Below, piece after piece: positions 9,255 to 18,634 of a stretch of DNA of 64,000 nt (its first letter is position 1; every line of letters starts with the position of its first letter). A program made the position numbers and the translations under genes. Source of the DNA: a bacterium. Lineage in GTDB: Bacteria; Sysuimicrobiota; Sysuimicrobiia; Sysuimicrobiales; Segetimicrobiaceae. The DNA lies in assembly GCA_035295165.1 (NCBI GenBank), contig DATGJN010000085.1, positions 34,707 through 98,706 of the forward strand, written 5' to 3'. Under the pieces are notes generated by a model that was given only the letters and a program-made list of their open reading frames with translations, had not been told where the DNA came from and searched no databases.

Positions 9255-10910
9255 GTGGGCGGCGGTAACAAGACGCGCTCCGTTCTGTATCTCGTCATCA
9301 CGGCACTGCTCGTCCTCGCGATCCCCGGGTGGTATGTGAATGCGACCGCTACGGTGGCTCACGCCCAGACCTCCGGCAACGGTGGCGGCGGCGGCGCGGG
9401 TGGTGGCGCCGGCAACGGCAACGGCTTGCCCGGTAACCCCGGGACCACCGTAGTGGGTGGCGGGACCGGCGGCTCCGGAGGGGCTGCGGGTACGACCGGC
9501 GGTAGCGGCGGGCACGGCGGCGCCGGAGGCGCGGGCGGCAGCAACAACACCAATACCTCCGGCAACGGCGGTAACGGCGGCGCGGGCGGCAGCGGCAGCA
9601 ACAGCAACAGCGACGGTGGCAACGGTGGTAGCGGCGGGGCCAGCTCAGGAGGCAGCGGCGGCACCGGTGGTGCCGGCGGAGCGAACAACGGGAACGGCGG
9701 CGCCGGCGCCGCCGGCGGCGCGGGCGGCAGTTTCAACACCAACAACTCAGGCAACGGCGGCGCGGGTGGCGCCGGCGGAGCCAGTCAGAATAGCACTGGC
9801 AATACCCCGGCCGGTGGCAATGGCAACGGGGGCGCCGGTGGCACCGGCGGCGCGAATTCCGGTGGCAGCGGCGGGACCGGTGGCGGGGGTGGCACCGGGA
9901 ACGGCAACGCCGGCGCGGGTGGCGCCGGCGGCAACGGCGGCAACGTCGGCGGCACTGCCACCGGCGGCAACAGCAATAACTCCGGAGACGGCGGTGCCGG
10001 CGGGGCCGGTGGGACCGGCGGCATCAACAACGGCGACGGTGGAAGCGGCGGGACTGGCGGAGCCGGCGTCGGCGGGAGCAGCGGCGGGACCGGCGGCACC
10101 GGTGGCGCCGGCAATGGGACCGGCGGCGCGGGCGGCACGGGCGGCGCGGGTGGTACGGCCAACAACACCGCCTCCGGCAACGGCGGTGCGGCTGGCGCCG
10201 GCGGAGCCGGCGGCAATACGAACGGCGGCGGCGGCGCGGGCGGTCTCGGCACGACAGTCGCCGGCGGTAACGGAGGAGCGGGTGGTAGCACGAACGGGAC
10301 CGGTGGGGCCGGCGGCGCCGGTGGTGCCGGCGGGAACGCGAACATCGGTCAGACGACCGGGCCAGGGGCGCTGGGCGGCTCTGGGAATGGCGGCGCCGGC
10401 GGCAAGGGCGGTGCCGGTGGAAGCAGCAATGGCATCGGTGGGACCGGTGGGGCTGGCGTAAACGGCGGGGCCGGCGGGAACAGCAACGGTGACGGTGGAA
10501 GCGGCAGCGCCGGCGGCAGCGGCGGCAACAGCAACGCCAACGGCTCCGGCAACGGTGGCGCCGGCGGCAATGCCGGTGGTGGTGGTAGCAACAACGGCAC
10601 AGGTGGTAACGGCGGGGCGAGCGCCGGCGCGGCCGGCGGCAGCAACAACGGCAACGGCGGCGGCGGCGGCGCGGGCGGTGGCGGCGGCAACAGCAACACC
10701 AACGGCTCCGGCAACGGTGGGGCCGGCGGCACGGGAGCGACGGGTGGCAACAGCAACGGCAATGCGTCCGGCTCAGCCGCTGGGACGAACGAGAACGGCA
10801 ACGGCGGCGCGGGCGGTGGCGGTGGTACCGGCGGGAACAATAACGGCGGCAACTCCGGCAACGGCGGCGCGGGCGGTAATGGCGCTCCAGGCGGGAACAA
10901 CAACAACTAA
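9255..10910 (+). CDS. secreted glycine/asparagine-rich (Gly-Gly-X)n repeat protein, PGRS-like
   Basis: GTG start with a perfect AGGAGG 8 nt upstream, and an N-terminal signal peptide (LVLAIPGWYVNATATVAHA-Q). About 500 aa follow of GGAGGxGG / GNGG / NSNGNG repeats with almost no hydrophobic or aromatic residues. A perfect hairpin terminator follows. Confidence 0.75.
   Translation: MGGGNKTRSVLYLVITALLVLAIPGWYVNATATVAHAQTSGNGGGGGAGGGAGNGNGLPGNPGTTVVGGGTGGSGGAAGTTGGSGGHGGAGGAGGSNNTNTSGNGGNGGAGGSGSNSNSDGGNGGSGGASSGGSGGTGGAGGANNGNGGAGAAGGAGGSFNTNNSGNGGAGGAGGASQNSTGNTPAGGNGNGGAGGTGGANSGGSGGTGGGGGTGNGNAGAGGAGGNGGNVGGTATGGNSNNSGDGGAGGAGGTGGINNGDGGSGGTGGAGVGGSSGGTGGTGGAGNGTGGAGGTGGAGGTANNTASGNGGAAGAGGAGGNTNGGGGAGGLGTTVAGGNGGAGGSTNGTGGAGGAGGAGGNANIGQTTGPGALGGSGNGGAGGKGGAGGSSNGIGGTGGAGVNGGAGGNSNGDGGSGSAGGSGGNSNANGSGNGGAGGNAGGGGSNNGTGGNGGASAGAAGGSNNGNGGGGGAGGGGGNSNTNGSGNGGAGGTGATGGNSNGNASGSAAGTNENGNGGAGGGGGTGGNNNGGNSGNGGAGGNGAPGGNNNN
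9370..10900. repeat. degenerate tandem GGC/GGN-rich coding repeats (low-complexity DNA)
   Basis: About 1.5 kb of imperfect ggcggcgccggcgg-type repeats produces long ORFs in most frames on both strands (Gly-rich, Ala-rich and antisense Pro-rich). Confidence 0.8.
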
Positions 10911-10931
10911 CGCCTGAGCACGTCGTAGATC

Positions 10932-10966
10932 GGGGCGGGGCATGCGACTCGTGCATGCCCCGCCCT
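10932..10966 (+). terminator. rho-independent terminator
   Basis: A perfect 13-bp GC stem (gggcggggcatgc / gcatgccccgccc) with a 7-nt loop, followed by tcgtcgttgttgtg, directly after the stop of the Gly-rich gene. Confidence 0.75.
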
Positions 10967-11115
10967 CGTCGTTGTTGTGAACATCCCTACGCGACGCGCG
11001 CCCCGCGCCGACGTCGCGTGGCCGCGCGGAACGTACCGTCTGTCGCCCGACGAACTGGGGCACACACTGCAAGGGCAGGCCGATACACGGTGAGAAACGA
11101 GGCGCGAACGGGCCG

Positions 11116-14100
11116 GTGAAGACTCCTTCGACCGACGACGAGCACAACCCGCGGACACCGCTCTCCATGCTCATCGTCGGAGACCGCCCAACCGACAGTG
11201 CCCTGGTGGTCGACAAACTTCGCCAGCACGGGTTCGACGTCGAGTGGCACCGCGTGGAGCACGAGTCGGACTACCTGGCACGCCTCAGCCCTGAACTGGA
11301 TGTCATCGTGGTCGACGACGGCCTGCTGCAGGTGGACGCCCGCCGCGCGATCGCGCTGGCGAAGGACCGCAACCTCGATGTGCCGATCGTCGTGGCCGTG
11401 GCGGCGCTCGGAGACGAAGCCGAGGCGTTGGTGAGCCGGTGGGGCGCCACCGATTGCGTGGTCAAGCCACACCTGCCGCTGCTTGCGCACGTGGTGGAAC
11501 GAGCGCGGACCCACCGACGCCTGCGACACGAACAGACGCAACTCCGCCGACGCTTGGACGCGTTCGTCGAAAATAGCTACGACGCCCTCGCGTTGATCGG
11601 TGACGATCTGAGAGTTCGGTACGCGAGCCCCTCGATTCGCCGCGTCATGGGCATCGAACTCAACGATTTCGTCGGACACGAAATTCTGGAGTTCGTGCAC
11701 GCCGATGACCACGAGCAGGTCCGCCGCGCCTACGACGCGCTCCGCCGCGATCCGACCCGCACGCAGGCGTCGCTCATCAGGCACCGACACGGAGATGGGT
11801 CCTGGCGCTTGGTGGAGATCACCCGCCGCAACCTCCTCGCCGAACCCAGCGTGCGCGCCATCGTGGTCAACTTCCGGGACGTGACGGAGCGCGAAACGGC
11901 GCAGAACGCGCTGCAACAAAGCGCATCGCGGTATCGAGGTTTGTTCGAGAGGGTGCCCATCGGACTGTACCTGACCCGCACCAACGGGACGTTCGTGGAC
12001 GCCAATCCAGCGTTCCTCGAGATGCTCGGGTATCCGGACCGCGCCACCCTTCGAGGAATCAACGCGACCTCGCTGTACGTCGACCCGGGCGCCCGCGAGC
12101 GGCTCACCGAGGCGCTCGAACGCGACGGTGTCGTGACGGGGTGGGAAAGCGCGCTCCGTCGGCGGGACGGCACGATCCTCTGGGGACGAGCGAACGTGCG
12201 CGCCGTTCACGACCCGACCGGCGAGGGGGACGGCCTCGAAGGCGCCATCATCGATATCACCGACCAACGCGCCGCCGAGACCGCCCTGCGGGACAACGAG
12301 CAGCGTTTCCGCGCATTGATCGAACACGGTTTTGATATCATCCTGCTCCTCGACCGACGCGGCATCATCCAGTACGCCAGCCCCTCCGCCGAGCGCGTCC
12401 TCGGCTACGAGCCCGACGCTCTCCTCGGCCGCGACCGCCTCGAGCTCGTCCACCCCGACGACCGCGCCGAACTGCGGCATCGGTTTGCGAGCCTGGTCGA
12501 GCACCCGGACGGGCAGGCGTTCACGCAAGCTCGGCTGCGGCACCGGGACGGCACGTGGCGCTGGACGGAGTCGGTGGCGACCAACCTGCTTCATGATTCC
12601 AGTGTGCAGGCCGTGGTGGCGAACTACCGCGACATCACCGTGCGAAAGTTGGCAGAGGAAGAGAACCAGCGACGTGCGGCACACCTCGAGACGATCAACG
12701 CGATCGTGGCGGCCGCCGTGTCGGCGCGCGACCTGGGGCAACTGCTGGAGCACACGGTCGACCTGACGCTCCACGCGCTGGGGCATACGATGGGGGGCAT
12801 CTGGATCGGGACGGAACATCGGGGCAGCGGCATGTCGGCGGACGTGGGCCCGTCGATCCTGCGGGCGGCGGCGTCGCTGGGGCAGGTCCTTGACGCCTCG
12901 GAGGCCGTCGCGGACGCGCGTGCGCCCGACGCGCACGGGTTGGCATCCGTAATGAAGGGCCTCGGCATTCTCGCCTGGATCGCCGCGCCTATCCGGGCCG
13001 GGGGACGCGCGATCGGGGGCATCGCCGTGGCGTCACCGGTGCCGTGCGCGTGGCGCCCGGACGAGACTGCGCTCGTGGAGACCGTGGGACGGCAGATCGG
13101 CGAGGCGGCCGAGCGGCTGGATCTGTTGCAACGCGCCGAACGGCGCACGGCGGAGTTGTTGGCGGTCACAGACCTCGGCCGCCGGCTCCGCGAGGCGGCA
13201 AGTGTGACCGACATGTACCCCATCATCGTCGAACACGCCATGCAGGTGCTCGCGAGTGAACACGGAGCCCTCGCGCTCTTGAACGAAGACGAAGAGTCCT
13301 TCACGCGGGTGTACGCGAGGGGGGTCTCAACGGAACCGCCCGGATCGACGTTCCCCGCGGCCGGCAGTCGATCGATGGAGGTTGTGCGAACGGGCATCCC
13401 GCGTGTGGCCAAAGATATCGGCGAGGAGCAGCGTCCGCCGTGGATGGATCACTTCAGCTACCGAGACTTCGGCCCGTACCTCGTGGTGGCGGTGCGATCC
13501 GAAGCGGAGAGCATCGGGACCCTCACGCTGCTCCGACGGAAGACCGGCCAGGATCGATCGTTCAGCGAGGACGACGTGCGCGTGCTGATGGGGATTGCCG
13601 AAATCGCCGGCTCGGCCATCCGGCGAGGACGCCTGCAACAAAGCCTGGAGCAATCGTACATCGAGATGGTGCTCGCGCTAGCCCGGGCCGTGGACGCCCG
13701 GGACAGCTACACCGGCGACCACAGCGAGCGCATCGCCGCACGAGCCGTCGCAACGGCGCGAGCGCTCGGATGCACCGACGATGAGACACAGACCATCCAT
13801 TGGGCCGCGTTGCTGCATGACATCGGCAAGCTCAGCGTGCCCGATCAGATCCTCAAGAAGCCCAGCCCGCTCACGGCGGCCGAGTGGGATGTCATGCGCG
13901 AGCATCCCACGATCGGCGAACAGATCTTGCGGCCGATCGAACGGATGCATGGGGTCGCCGCGATCATTCGCCACCACCACGAACGATGGGATGGTACGGG
14001 CTATCCCGACCGTCTGCAGGGCGACGAGATCCCGCTCGGGGCCCGTATTCTCGCGGTGGCCGACGCCTACAGCGCCATCATCGATACTCGAGCGTACGAC

Positions 14101-15288
14101 GCGGGCAGGCCCAAGAACGAGGCGATCGCGGAGATCCGCCAGTGCGCCAGCACGCAGTTCGATCCCGCCGTCGCCGACGTCTTCTGCCGTGTGATCGAGC
14201 ACGCCGACGCGGCGATCGTCCCGGTCGCGGAGATGGCCTCTGCGGGCAATGAGTCCATCCGATCACTGGCCTCGGCGGTGGTACAGCCGTTTCAGCAAAA
14301 CCGGCACCTCCGCCGCGCCGCCCCGGCGGTGGCGGACGTGGCACAACGACTCCTGCGGCCCCTCGATCTCACGGCCGTGCTCGAGGCGATCCTGAGCCAG
14401 ATCCAGAGTGTGTTCGGGTATCCGATCTGCGGCGTGCTTCTGCTGGATGAGCGGACCCGAGAGCTGCGCGTGGCCGCCCAGCGCGGGTTCGATCCCGATG
14501 TCGTGACCGGACTGCGGCTCCGGGTCGGCGAGCAAGGGATCGCCGGCTGGGTCGCGCAGCGGGGACGGTCCTACTACGCGCCTGACGTTACCCTGGATTC
14601 TCTGTACGTCGCGGGGTCATCGTCCGCGCGGTCGAACGTCGCGTTTCCGCTGATGGTCGACGACCGGACAATCGGTGTCCTGGACGTCGAGAGCCCGAGC
14701 GTCGACGCGTTCCCGAAGGAAACCCGCGAATTCCTCGCGACGTTCGCGGTCCTCGCCGCGCTTGCCATTCTCCGCGCCCAACGGGACGAGAATCTCAGCG
14801 AGCTCGCGCGCACCGACGGGTTGACCGGCCTCGCGAACCATCGGGCGATCCTGCAGGATCTCGAGCGCGAGATCGTACGCGCCCGCCGCAGCGGCCACCC
14901 CGTGTCGGTGGCGCTCGTAGAGATCGATGGGTTCAAGCGGCTCAACGACAAGTTCGGTCACCTGCAGGGCGATCTGGTGCTGCGGGAGGTGGCCGACGTG
15001 CTCCGCCGGCATTCTCGCGCCGGCGATCTCGTCGGGCGGTTCGGCGGCGACGAGTTCGTGCTGGTGCTGCCCCAGGCGACAAAGAACGTGGCCGCACAGA
15101 TCGTGGAGCGAGTGCGGGGGCACGTCGAGGAGATCCGCGTCCCGGGCAACGAGCGCACGTTGAGCGTCAGCATCGGACTGGCCGCCCATCCCGCCGACGG
15201 CGACGATCCGGACGGTCTTCTGGAATCGGCAGATCACGCCATGTATCAGGCGAAGCGCAACGGCGGCAACCGCGTGTGCGTAGCCTAA
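11116..15288 (+). CDS. multidomain c-di-GMP signalling protein: REC-like – 3x PAS – 2x GAF – HD-GYP – GAF – GGDEF
   Basis: A 1390-aa ORF. N-terminal receiver-like fold (LIVGD...DVIVVDDG...CVVKP). Three PAS blocks. GAF domains. An HD-GYP domain (HDIGK ... HHERWDGTGYP). A C-terminal GGDEF domain with intact RxxD I-site and GGDEF motif (RAGDLVGRFGGDEF). Confidence 0.9.
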   Translation: MKTPSTDDEHNPRTPLSMLIVGDRPTDSALVVDKLRQHGFDVEWHRVEHESDYLARLSPELDVIVVDDGLLQVDARRAIALAKDRNLDVPIVVAVAALGDEAEALVSRWGATDCVVKPHLPLLAHVVERARTHRRLRHEQTQLRRRLDAFVENSYDALALIGDDLRVRYASPSIRRVMGIELNDFVGHEILEFVHADDHEQVRRAYDALRRDPTRTQASLIRHRHGDGSWRLVEITRRNLLAEPSVRAIVVNFRDVTERETAQNALQQSASRYRGLFERVPIGLYLTRTNGTFVDANPAFLEMLGYPDRATLRGINATSLYVDPGARERLTEALERDGVVTGWESALRRRDGTILWGRANVRAVHDPTGEGDGLEGAIIDITDQRAAETALRDNEQRFRALIEHGFDIILLLDRRGIIQYASPSAERVLGYEPDALLGRDRLELVHPDDRAELRHRFASLVEHPDGQAFTQARLRHRDGTWRWTESVATNLLHDSSVQAVVANYRDITVRKLAEEENQRRAAHLETINAIVAAAVSARDLGQLLEHTVDLTLHALGHTMGGIWIGTEHRGSGMSADVGPSILRAAASLGQVLDASEAVADARAPDAHGLASVMKGLGILAWIAAPIRAGGRAIGGIAVASPVPCAWRPDETALVETVGRQIGEAAERLDLLQRAERRTAELLAVTDLGRRLREAASVTDMYPIIVEHAMQVLASEHGALALLNEDEESFTRVYARGVSTEPPGSTFPAAGSRSMEVVRTGIPRVAKDIGEEQRPPWMDHFSYRDFGPYLVVAVRSEAESIGTLTLLRRKTGQDRSFSEDDVRVLMGIAEIAGSAIRRGRLQQSLEQSYIEMVLALARAVDARDSYTGDHSERIAARAVATARALGCTDDETQTIHWAALLHDIGKLSVPDQILKKPSPLTAAEWDVMREHPTIGEQILRPIERMHGVAAIIRHHHERWDGTGYPDRLQGDEIPLGARILAVADAYSAIIDTRAYDAGRPKNEAIAEIRQCASTQFDPAVADVFCRVIEHADAAIVPVAEMASAGNESIRSLASAVVQPFQQNRHLRRAAPAVADVAQRLLRPLDLTAVLEAILSQIQSVFGYPICGVLLLDERTRELRVAAQRGFDPDVVTGLRLRVGEQGIAGWVAQRGRSYYAPDVTLDSLYVAGSSSARSNVAFPLMVDDRTIGVLDVESPSVDAFPKETREFLATFAVLAALAILRAQRDENLSELARTDGLTGLANHRAILQDLEREIVRARRSGHPVSVALVEIDGFKRLNDKFGHLQGDLVLREVADVLRRHSRAGDLVGRFGGDEFVLVLPQATKNVAAQIVERVRGHVEEIRVPGNERTLSVSIGLAAHPADGDDPDGLLESADHAMYQAKRNGGNRVCVA

Positions 15289-15438
15289 CGGACTCCCTCG
15301 AGCGCATCGATCGGCGTAACAAGTTCATCACCTCTCGCGTCGACCGACATCCAAACGCCCCGTCCGAGGTTATTCATGCGTGAACCACGACAGAGAGTGC
15401 GCGCCTCTCTGATTCCGCCACACAAGGAGGCACCGCCC

Positions 15439-15645
15439 ATGCGTCAACTGGTTGCAGCGATCCTGGTGGGGGGCGCGCTCTCGACGAGCATGTCCGGAGC
15501 CTTTGCCAACGACATCGCGGAGCGGTCGTTCCCGCGGCACAACGGGTACGTCGCAGCGGAGGACCAGAACCAGGCCGCGCCGATGACCCCGGTCGACAAC
15601 CGGGAACCGCCCAACTACCCGACGTCGACGAGCCAGAACCAGTAG
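15439..15645 (+). CDS. small exported hypothetical protein (68 aa)
   Basis: The internal ATG has AAGGAGG 8 nt upstream. Signal peptide MRQLVAAILVGGALSTSMSGAFA, followed by a hydrophilic tail. Confidence 0.5.
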   Translation: MRQLVAAILVGGALSTSMSGAFANDIAERSFPRHNGYVAAEDQNQAAPMTPVDNREPPNYPTSTSQNQ

Positions 15646-15710
15646 CGCCGGCGCGGCAGACTGCGGCGGCCGTCGCGAGCCAATCGCTGGTCGTCCCTCC
15701 CCCCGTGGTC

Positions 15711-15745
15711 GTGTGACGAAAACGTGACACGATACCTGTGACATT
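15711..15745. promoter_or_regulatory. array of three direct TGTGAC(A) half-sites upstream of the aldehyde oxidoreductase operon
   Basis: TGTGAC at 15712, GTGACA at 15725 and TGTGACA at 15737, spaced 12-13 nt apart, in an AT-richer stretch just before the 2Fe-2S subunit gene. Confidence 0.35.
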
Positions 15746-15837
15746 AGTAGGTGAACTCGGTCTCTCCCGCAGCACCGATTCGCGCGCTCGGAGGTGGCCC
15801 CGCATTGAACGGAGATCCCACGGATCGTCGCCGCCAG

Positions 15838-16341
15838 GTGGCGGTGCTGGCGGCGTCTCCTCTCGCCCCGATCCCCTCGGGCGCTCGCCGTCTCGCCGTC
15901 AACGGAACCGTCCACAGCGTTCGCCTCCCGCCGGATACCCCGCTGCTGTATGTCCTCCGAGACGAATTGCATCTGCACGGACCGCGCTTCGGCTGCGGGC
16001 TCGGTCAGTGCGGGGCGTGTACGGTCCTGCTCGACGGCACCGCGGTGCGGTCATGTACCCTCCCCGTTTCCGCCGTCGGCGACCTGCCGGTCACGACCCT
16101 GGAGGGCCTGGGTACCCCCGATCGGCCGCATGCGGTGCAGCAGGCGTTCATCGAGGAACAGGCGGTGCAGTGCGGGTACTGCATCAACGGCTGGATCATG
16201 ACGACGGTGTCGCTCCTGGCGAAGACGCCCAATCCGAGCGACCCCCAGATTCGGTCCGCCTTGTCGGGCTTGATCTGCCGCTGCGGCGCGCACATGCGGA
16301 TCTTCAGGGCGGTCAGACGCGCCGCTCAACAGCGGAGCTGA
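15838..16341 (+). CDS. (2Fe-2S)-binding subunit of xanthine dehydrogenase-family aldehyde oxidoreductase (IorA/CoxS-like)
   Basis: It has the two cluster motifs CGxGxCGAC (GCGLGQCGACTV) and QCGYCxxG...CRCG. The start is uncertain (GTG at 15751 or 15838). Its stop lies 8 nt before the large subunit. Confidence 0.8.
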   Translation: MAVLAASPLAPIPSGARRLAVNGTVHSVRLPPDTPLLYVLRDELHLHGPRFGCGLGQCGACTVLLDGTAVRSCTLPVSAVGDLPVTTLEGLGTPDRPHAVQQAFIEEQAVQCGYCINGWIMTTVSLLAKTPNPSDPQIRSALSGLICRCGAHMRIFRAVRRAAQQRS

Positions 16342-16348
16342 GGGAGAG

Positions 16349-18634
16349 ATGCGCATGCGGCGCCCATGGGCTCTCTCTCGACGCCGGTTCCTCAAGACCT
16401 CAGGTGCGATCGTCGTCGCCTTCGCGATGCCGCCGGCGGTCCTTGGCTCGCACCCGGACGCCGCCGGGGCCGCGCCGGCTCGAAACGCCTCGGCGGACCC
16501 GGCACAGTTGGATTCGTGGTTGGCGATCGCTGGGAACGGCAGCGTCACGGTGCTCACAGGCAAGGTCGAGCTCGGGATGGGCGTGTCGACAGCCTTTGCG
16601 CAGATCGTGGCCGAGGAACTCGACGTCCCCGTCCGGGCGGTTTCGGTCGTGATGGGAGACACCGCGAGGACACCCGATCAGGGGGGCGTAGGCGGAAGTA
16701 CGTCGATCTCGATCGGCGCCAAGCCGGTCCGGCAGGCGGCCGCGGAGGCCCGGCGGGTGTTGTTGGACCTTGCGTCGGCCCGCCTCGGGGCGCCGGCCGC
16801 CCAGCTCTCCGTCCGCGATGGCGTCGTACGGCGGGTGGACGACCCGACCCGCACCGCGTCGTACGGGGAGCTGATCGGTGGACGACACTTTGATGTCGCG
16901 CTCACAGCCGGCGGTGGAAGCTACACGCTCGGTGTGACGGGGAGCGCCCGGCCGAAATCTCCGGACCAGTACACGATCGTCGGCACCTCGGTGCCGCGCA
17001 TTGACATCCCTGACAAGGCGACCGGCCGGTTTACGTATGTGGTCGACGTGCGTGTCCCCGGTATGGTGCACGGCCGGGTCATCCGTCCTCCGGTCCCCGG
17101 GGCAACACTGCTCCGCGCCGAAGACGCGCCAGGCGTGCCGGGGTTGATCAAGGTCGTGACGAGAGGAAACTTCGCCGGGGTCGTGGCCGAAACCGAGTGG
17201 GGCGCGATTCAGGCGGCGCGAACGCTTACCCTGAAGTGGTCCATCACGACCGCGACCTGGCCAGCCATGGCCGACCTGTACGCTGCGATGTGGGCCATGC
17301 CCGCCCGCACACGCCGGGTGATGGCACAGGTCGGCGATGTGGACGGGGCCTTGGCGTCGGCGGGTCGCACGATTCAGGCCCGCTACGAGTGGCCCTTCCA
17401 AGCGCACGCGATGATGGGCCCCGGTTGCGCGGTGGCCGAGGTTCGTGATCGAGGGGCCACGGTTTGGTCAAGTACGCAGCATCCGCACCAACTCCAGCGG
17501 GGGATAGCCGAACTACTCGGCTTCCCGGCCGACGCCGTGCATGTGATCTGGGTGGAAGGCGCCGGCTCGTACGGCCGCTCCGGGGCCGAAGACGTGGCGG
17601 GTGACGCCGCCCTGCTGTCGCAGGCCGTGGGCCGGCCGGTGCGCGTGCAGTGGATGCGAGCAGACGACACCGCGTGGGACCCCAAGGGACCGCCGGTCGT
17701 CATGGCGGTCCGCGCGGGCTTGGACGAGCGAGGGACCATCGTCGCCTGGGACTACCTGGCGCGCGCGTTCTCCGGCAGCGGGATTCCGCCGAGCCCGGCC
17801 ACCGCGGGGAACCTGCTCGCGGGTCAGTTGACGGGACGGTCGGCGGCAGGCGTCGACGTCCCCACGACCGTGCAAGAAAATTACGCGTTCGCGGCCAAAC
17901 GCAAAGTCGGCGAGATCGTCCCCTGGCCCCAAGACGGCTCGCCGCTGCGCACGTCCAACCTGCGGGCTCCCAGCCAGCCGGCCACCACGTTTGGCGGGGA
18001 GTCGTTCGTGGACGAGATCGCGGCCGCCGTCGGGGTCGATCCGCTGGAGTTCCGCCTGCGCTATCTCCGGAACCCGCGCGACCTCGCGGTGGTGCGAGCG
18101 GCCGCCCAGCGTGCCGGGTGGACCTCGCGACCGTCGCCGCAATCGGGCATCTCGCGCTCGGGCCTGGCCACGGGCCGCGGCATCGCCTACGCGCCGCGCG
18201 GCAACACCTTGGTTGCGACCGTCGCCGAGGTGGAGGTCAACCAGGCGACCGGACAGGTCCACGTGACTCGCCTGGTGATCGCCCACGACTGCGGGTTGAT
18301 CATCAACCCGGATGGCCTCCTCGGGACGATTGAGGCAAACGCGGTGCAGTCGACGAGCCGGTCCCTCAAGGAGGAGGTACACTGGGGTCCGTCCGGCGTG
18401 ACCAGCGTGGATTGGGTCACGTACCCGATTCTTCGGGCGCCGGAGATCCCCGATCACATCGAGGTCGTCCTGATCAACCGCCCGGATCTGCCGCCGTTTG
18501 GAGCCGGGGAACCTGCGTCGGTGACGACGGCGCCGGCCATTGCCAACGCGATCTTCGACGCGACGGGCGCGCGGTTACGCACCGTCCCGTTCACGCCTGC
18601 GCGGGTCAAGACCGCGCTTCAACACCGCGCCTAG
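16349..18634 (+). CDS. molybdopterin-binding subunit of xanthine dehydrogenase-family aldehyde oxidoreductase (IorB-like), TAT-exported
   Basis: 761 aa with a twin-arginine signal (SRRRFLKTSGAIVVAF), GAGGGA upstream, and the aldehyde-oxidase/xanthine-DH a/b hammerhead and MoCo-binding blocks. Confidence 0.9.
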   Translation: MRMRRPWALSRRRFLKTSGAIVVAFAMPPAVLGSHPDAAGAAPARNASADPAQLDSWLAIAGNGSVTVLTGKVELGMGVSTAFAQIVAEELDVPVRAVSVVMGDTARTPDQGGVGGSTSISIGAKPVRQAAAEARRVLLDLASARLGAPAAQLSVRDGVVRRVDDPTRTASYGELIGGRHFDVALTAGGGSYTLGVTGSARPKSPDQYTIVGTSVPRIDIPDKATGRFTYVVDVRVPGMVHGRVIRPPVPGATLLRAEDAPGVPGLIKVVTRGNFAGVVAETEWGAIQAARTLTLKWSITTATWPAMADLYAAMWAMPARTRRVMAQVGDVDGALASAGRTIQARYEWPFQAHAMMGPGCAVAEVRDRGATVWSSTQHPHQLQRGIAELLGFPADAVHVIWVEGAGSYGRSGAEDVAGDAALLSQAVGRPVRVQWMRADDTAWDPKGPPVVMAVRAGLDERGTIVAWDYLARAFSGSGIPPSPATAGNLLAGQLTGRSAAGVDVPTTVQENYAFAAKRKVGEIVPWPQDGSPLRTSNLRAPSQPATTFGGESFVDEIAAAVGVDPLEFRLRYLRNPRDLAVVRAAAQRAGWTSRPSPQSGISRSGLATGRGIAYAPRGNTLVATVAEVEVNQATGQVHVTRLVIAHDCGLIINPDGLLGTIEANAVQSTSRSLKEEVHWGPSGVTSVDWVTYPILRAPEIPDHIEVVLINRPDLPPFGAGEPASVTTAPAIANAIFDATGARLRTVPFTPARVKTALQHRA

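Noticed and set aside
9359-10906. Three Pro/Ala-rich minus-strand ORFs (PPAPPAPP...) and the 334-aa Ala-rich +1 frame ORF across the repeat region
   Set aside because: These are alternative-frame or antisense readings of the GGC/GCC repeat DNA. Only the Gly-rich frame has a proper SD, start, signal peptide, uninterrupted length and downstream terminator.
10024-10956. 310-aa Arg/Cys/His-rich minus-strand ORF
   Set aside because: Antisense reading of the same repeat DNA, with absurd composition (RRRRCRCC...).
10987-12936. 649-aa minus-strand ORF
   Set aside because: Antisense to the well-supported PAS/GAF/HD-GYP/GGDEF gene, with no homology.
16400-18457. Minus-strand ORFs of 335 and 314 aa inside the Mo-subunit gene
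   Set aside because: Shadow ORFs antisense to a gene with strong family signatures.
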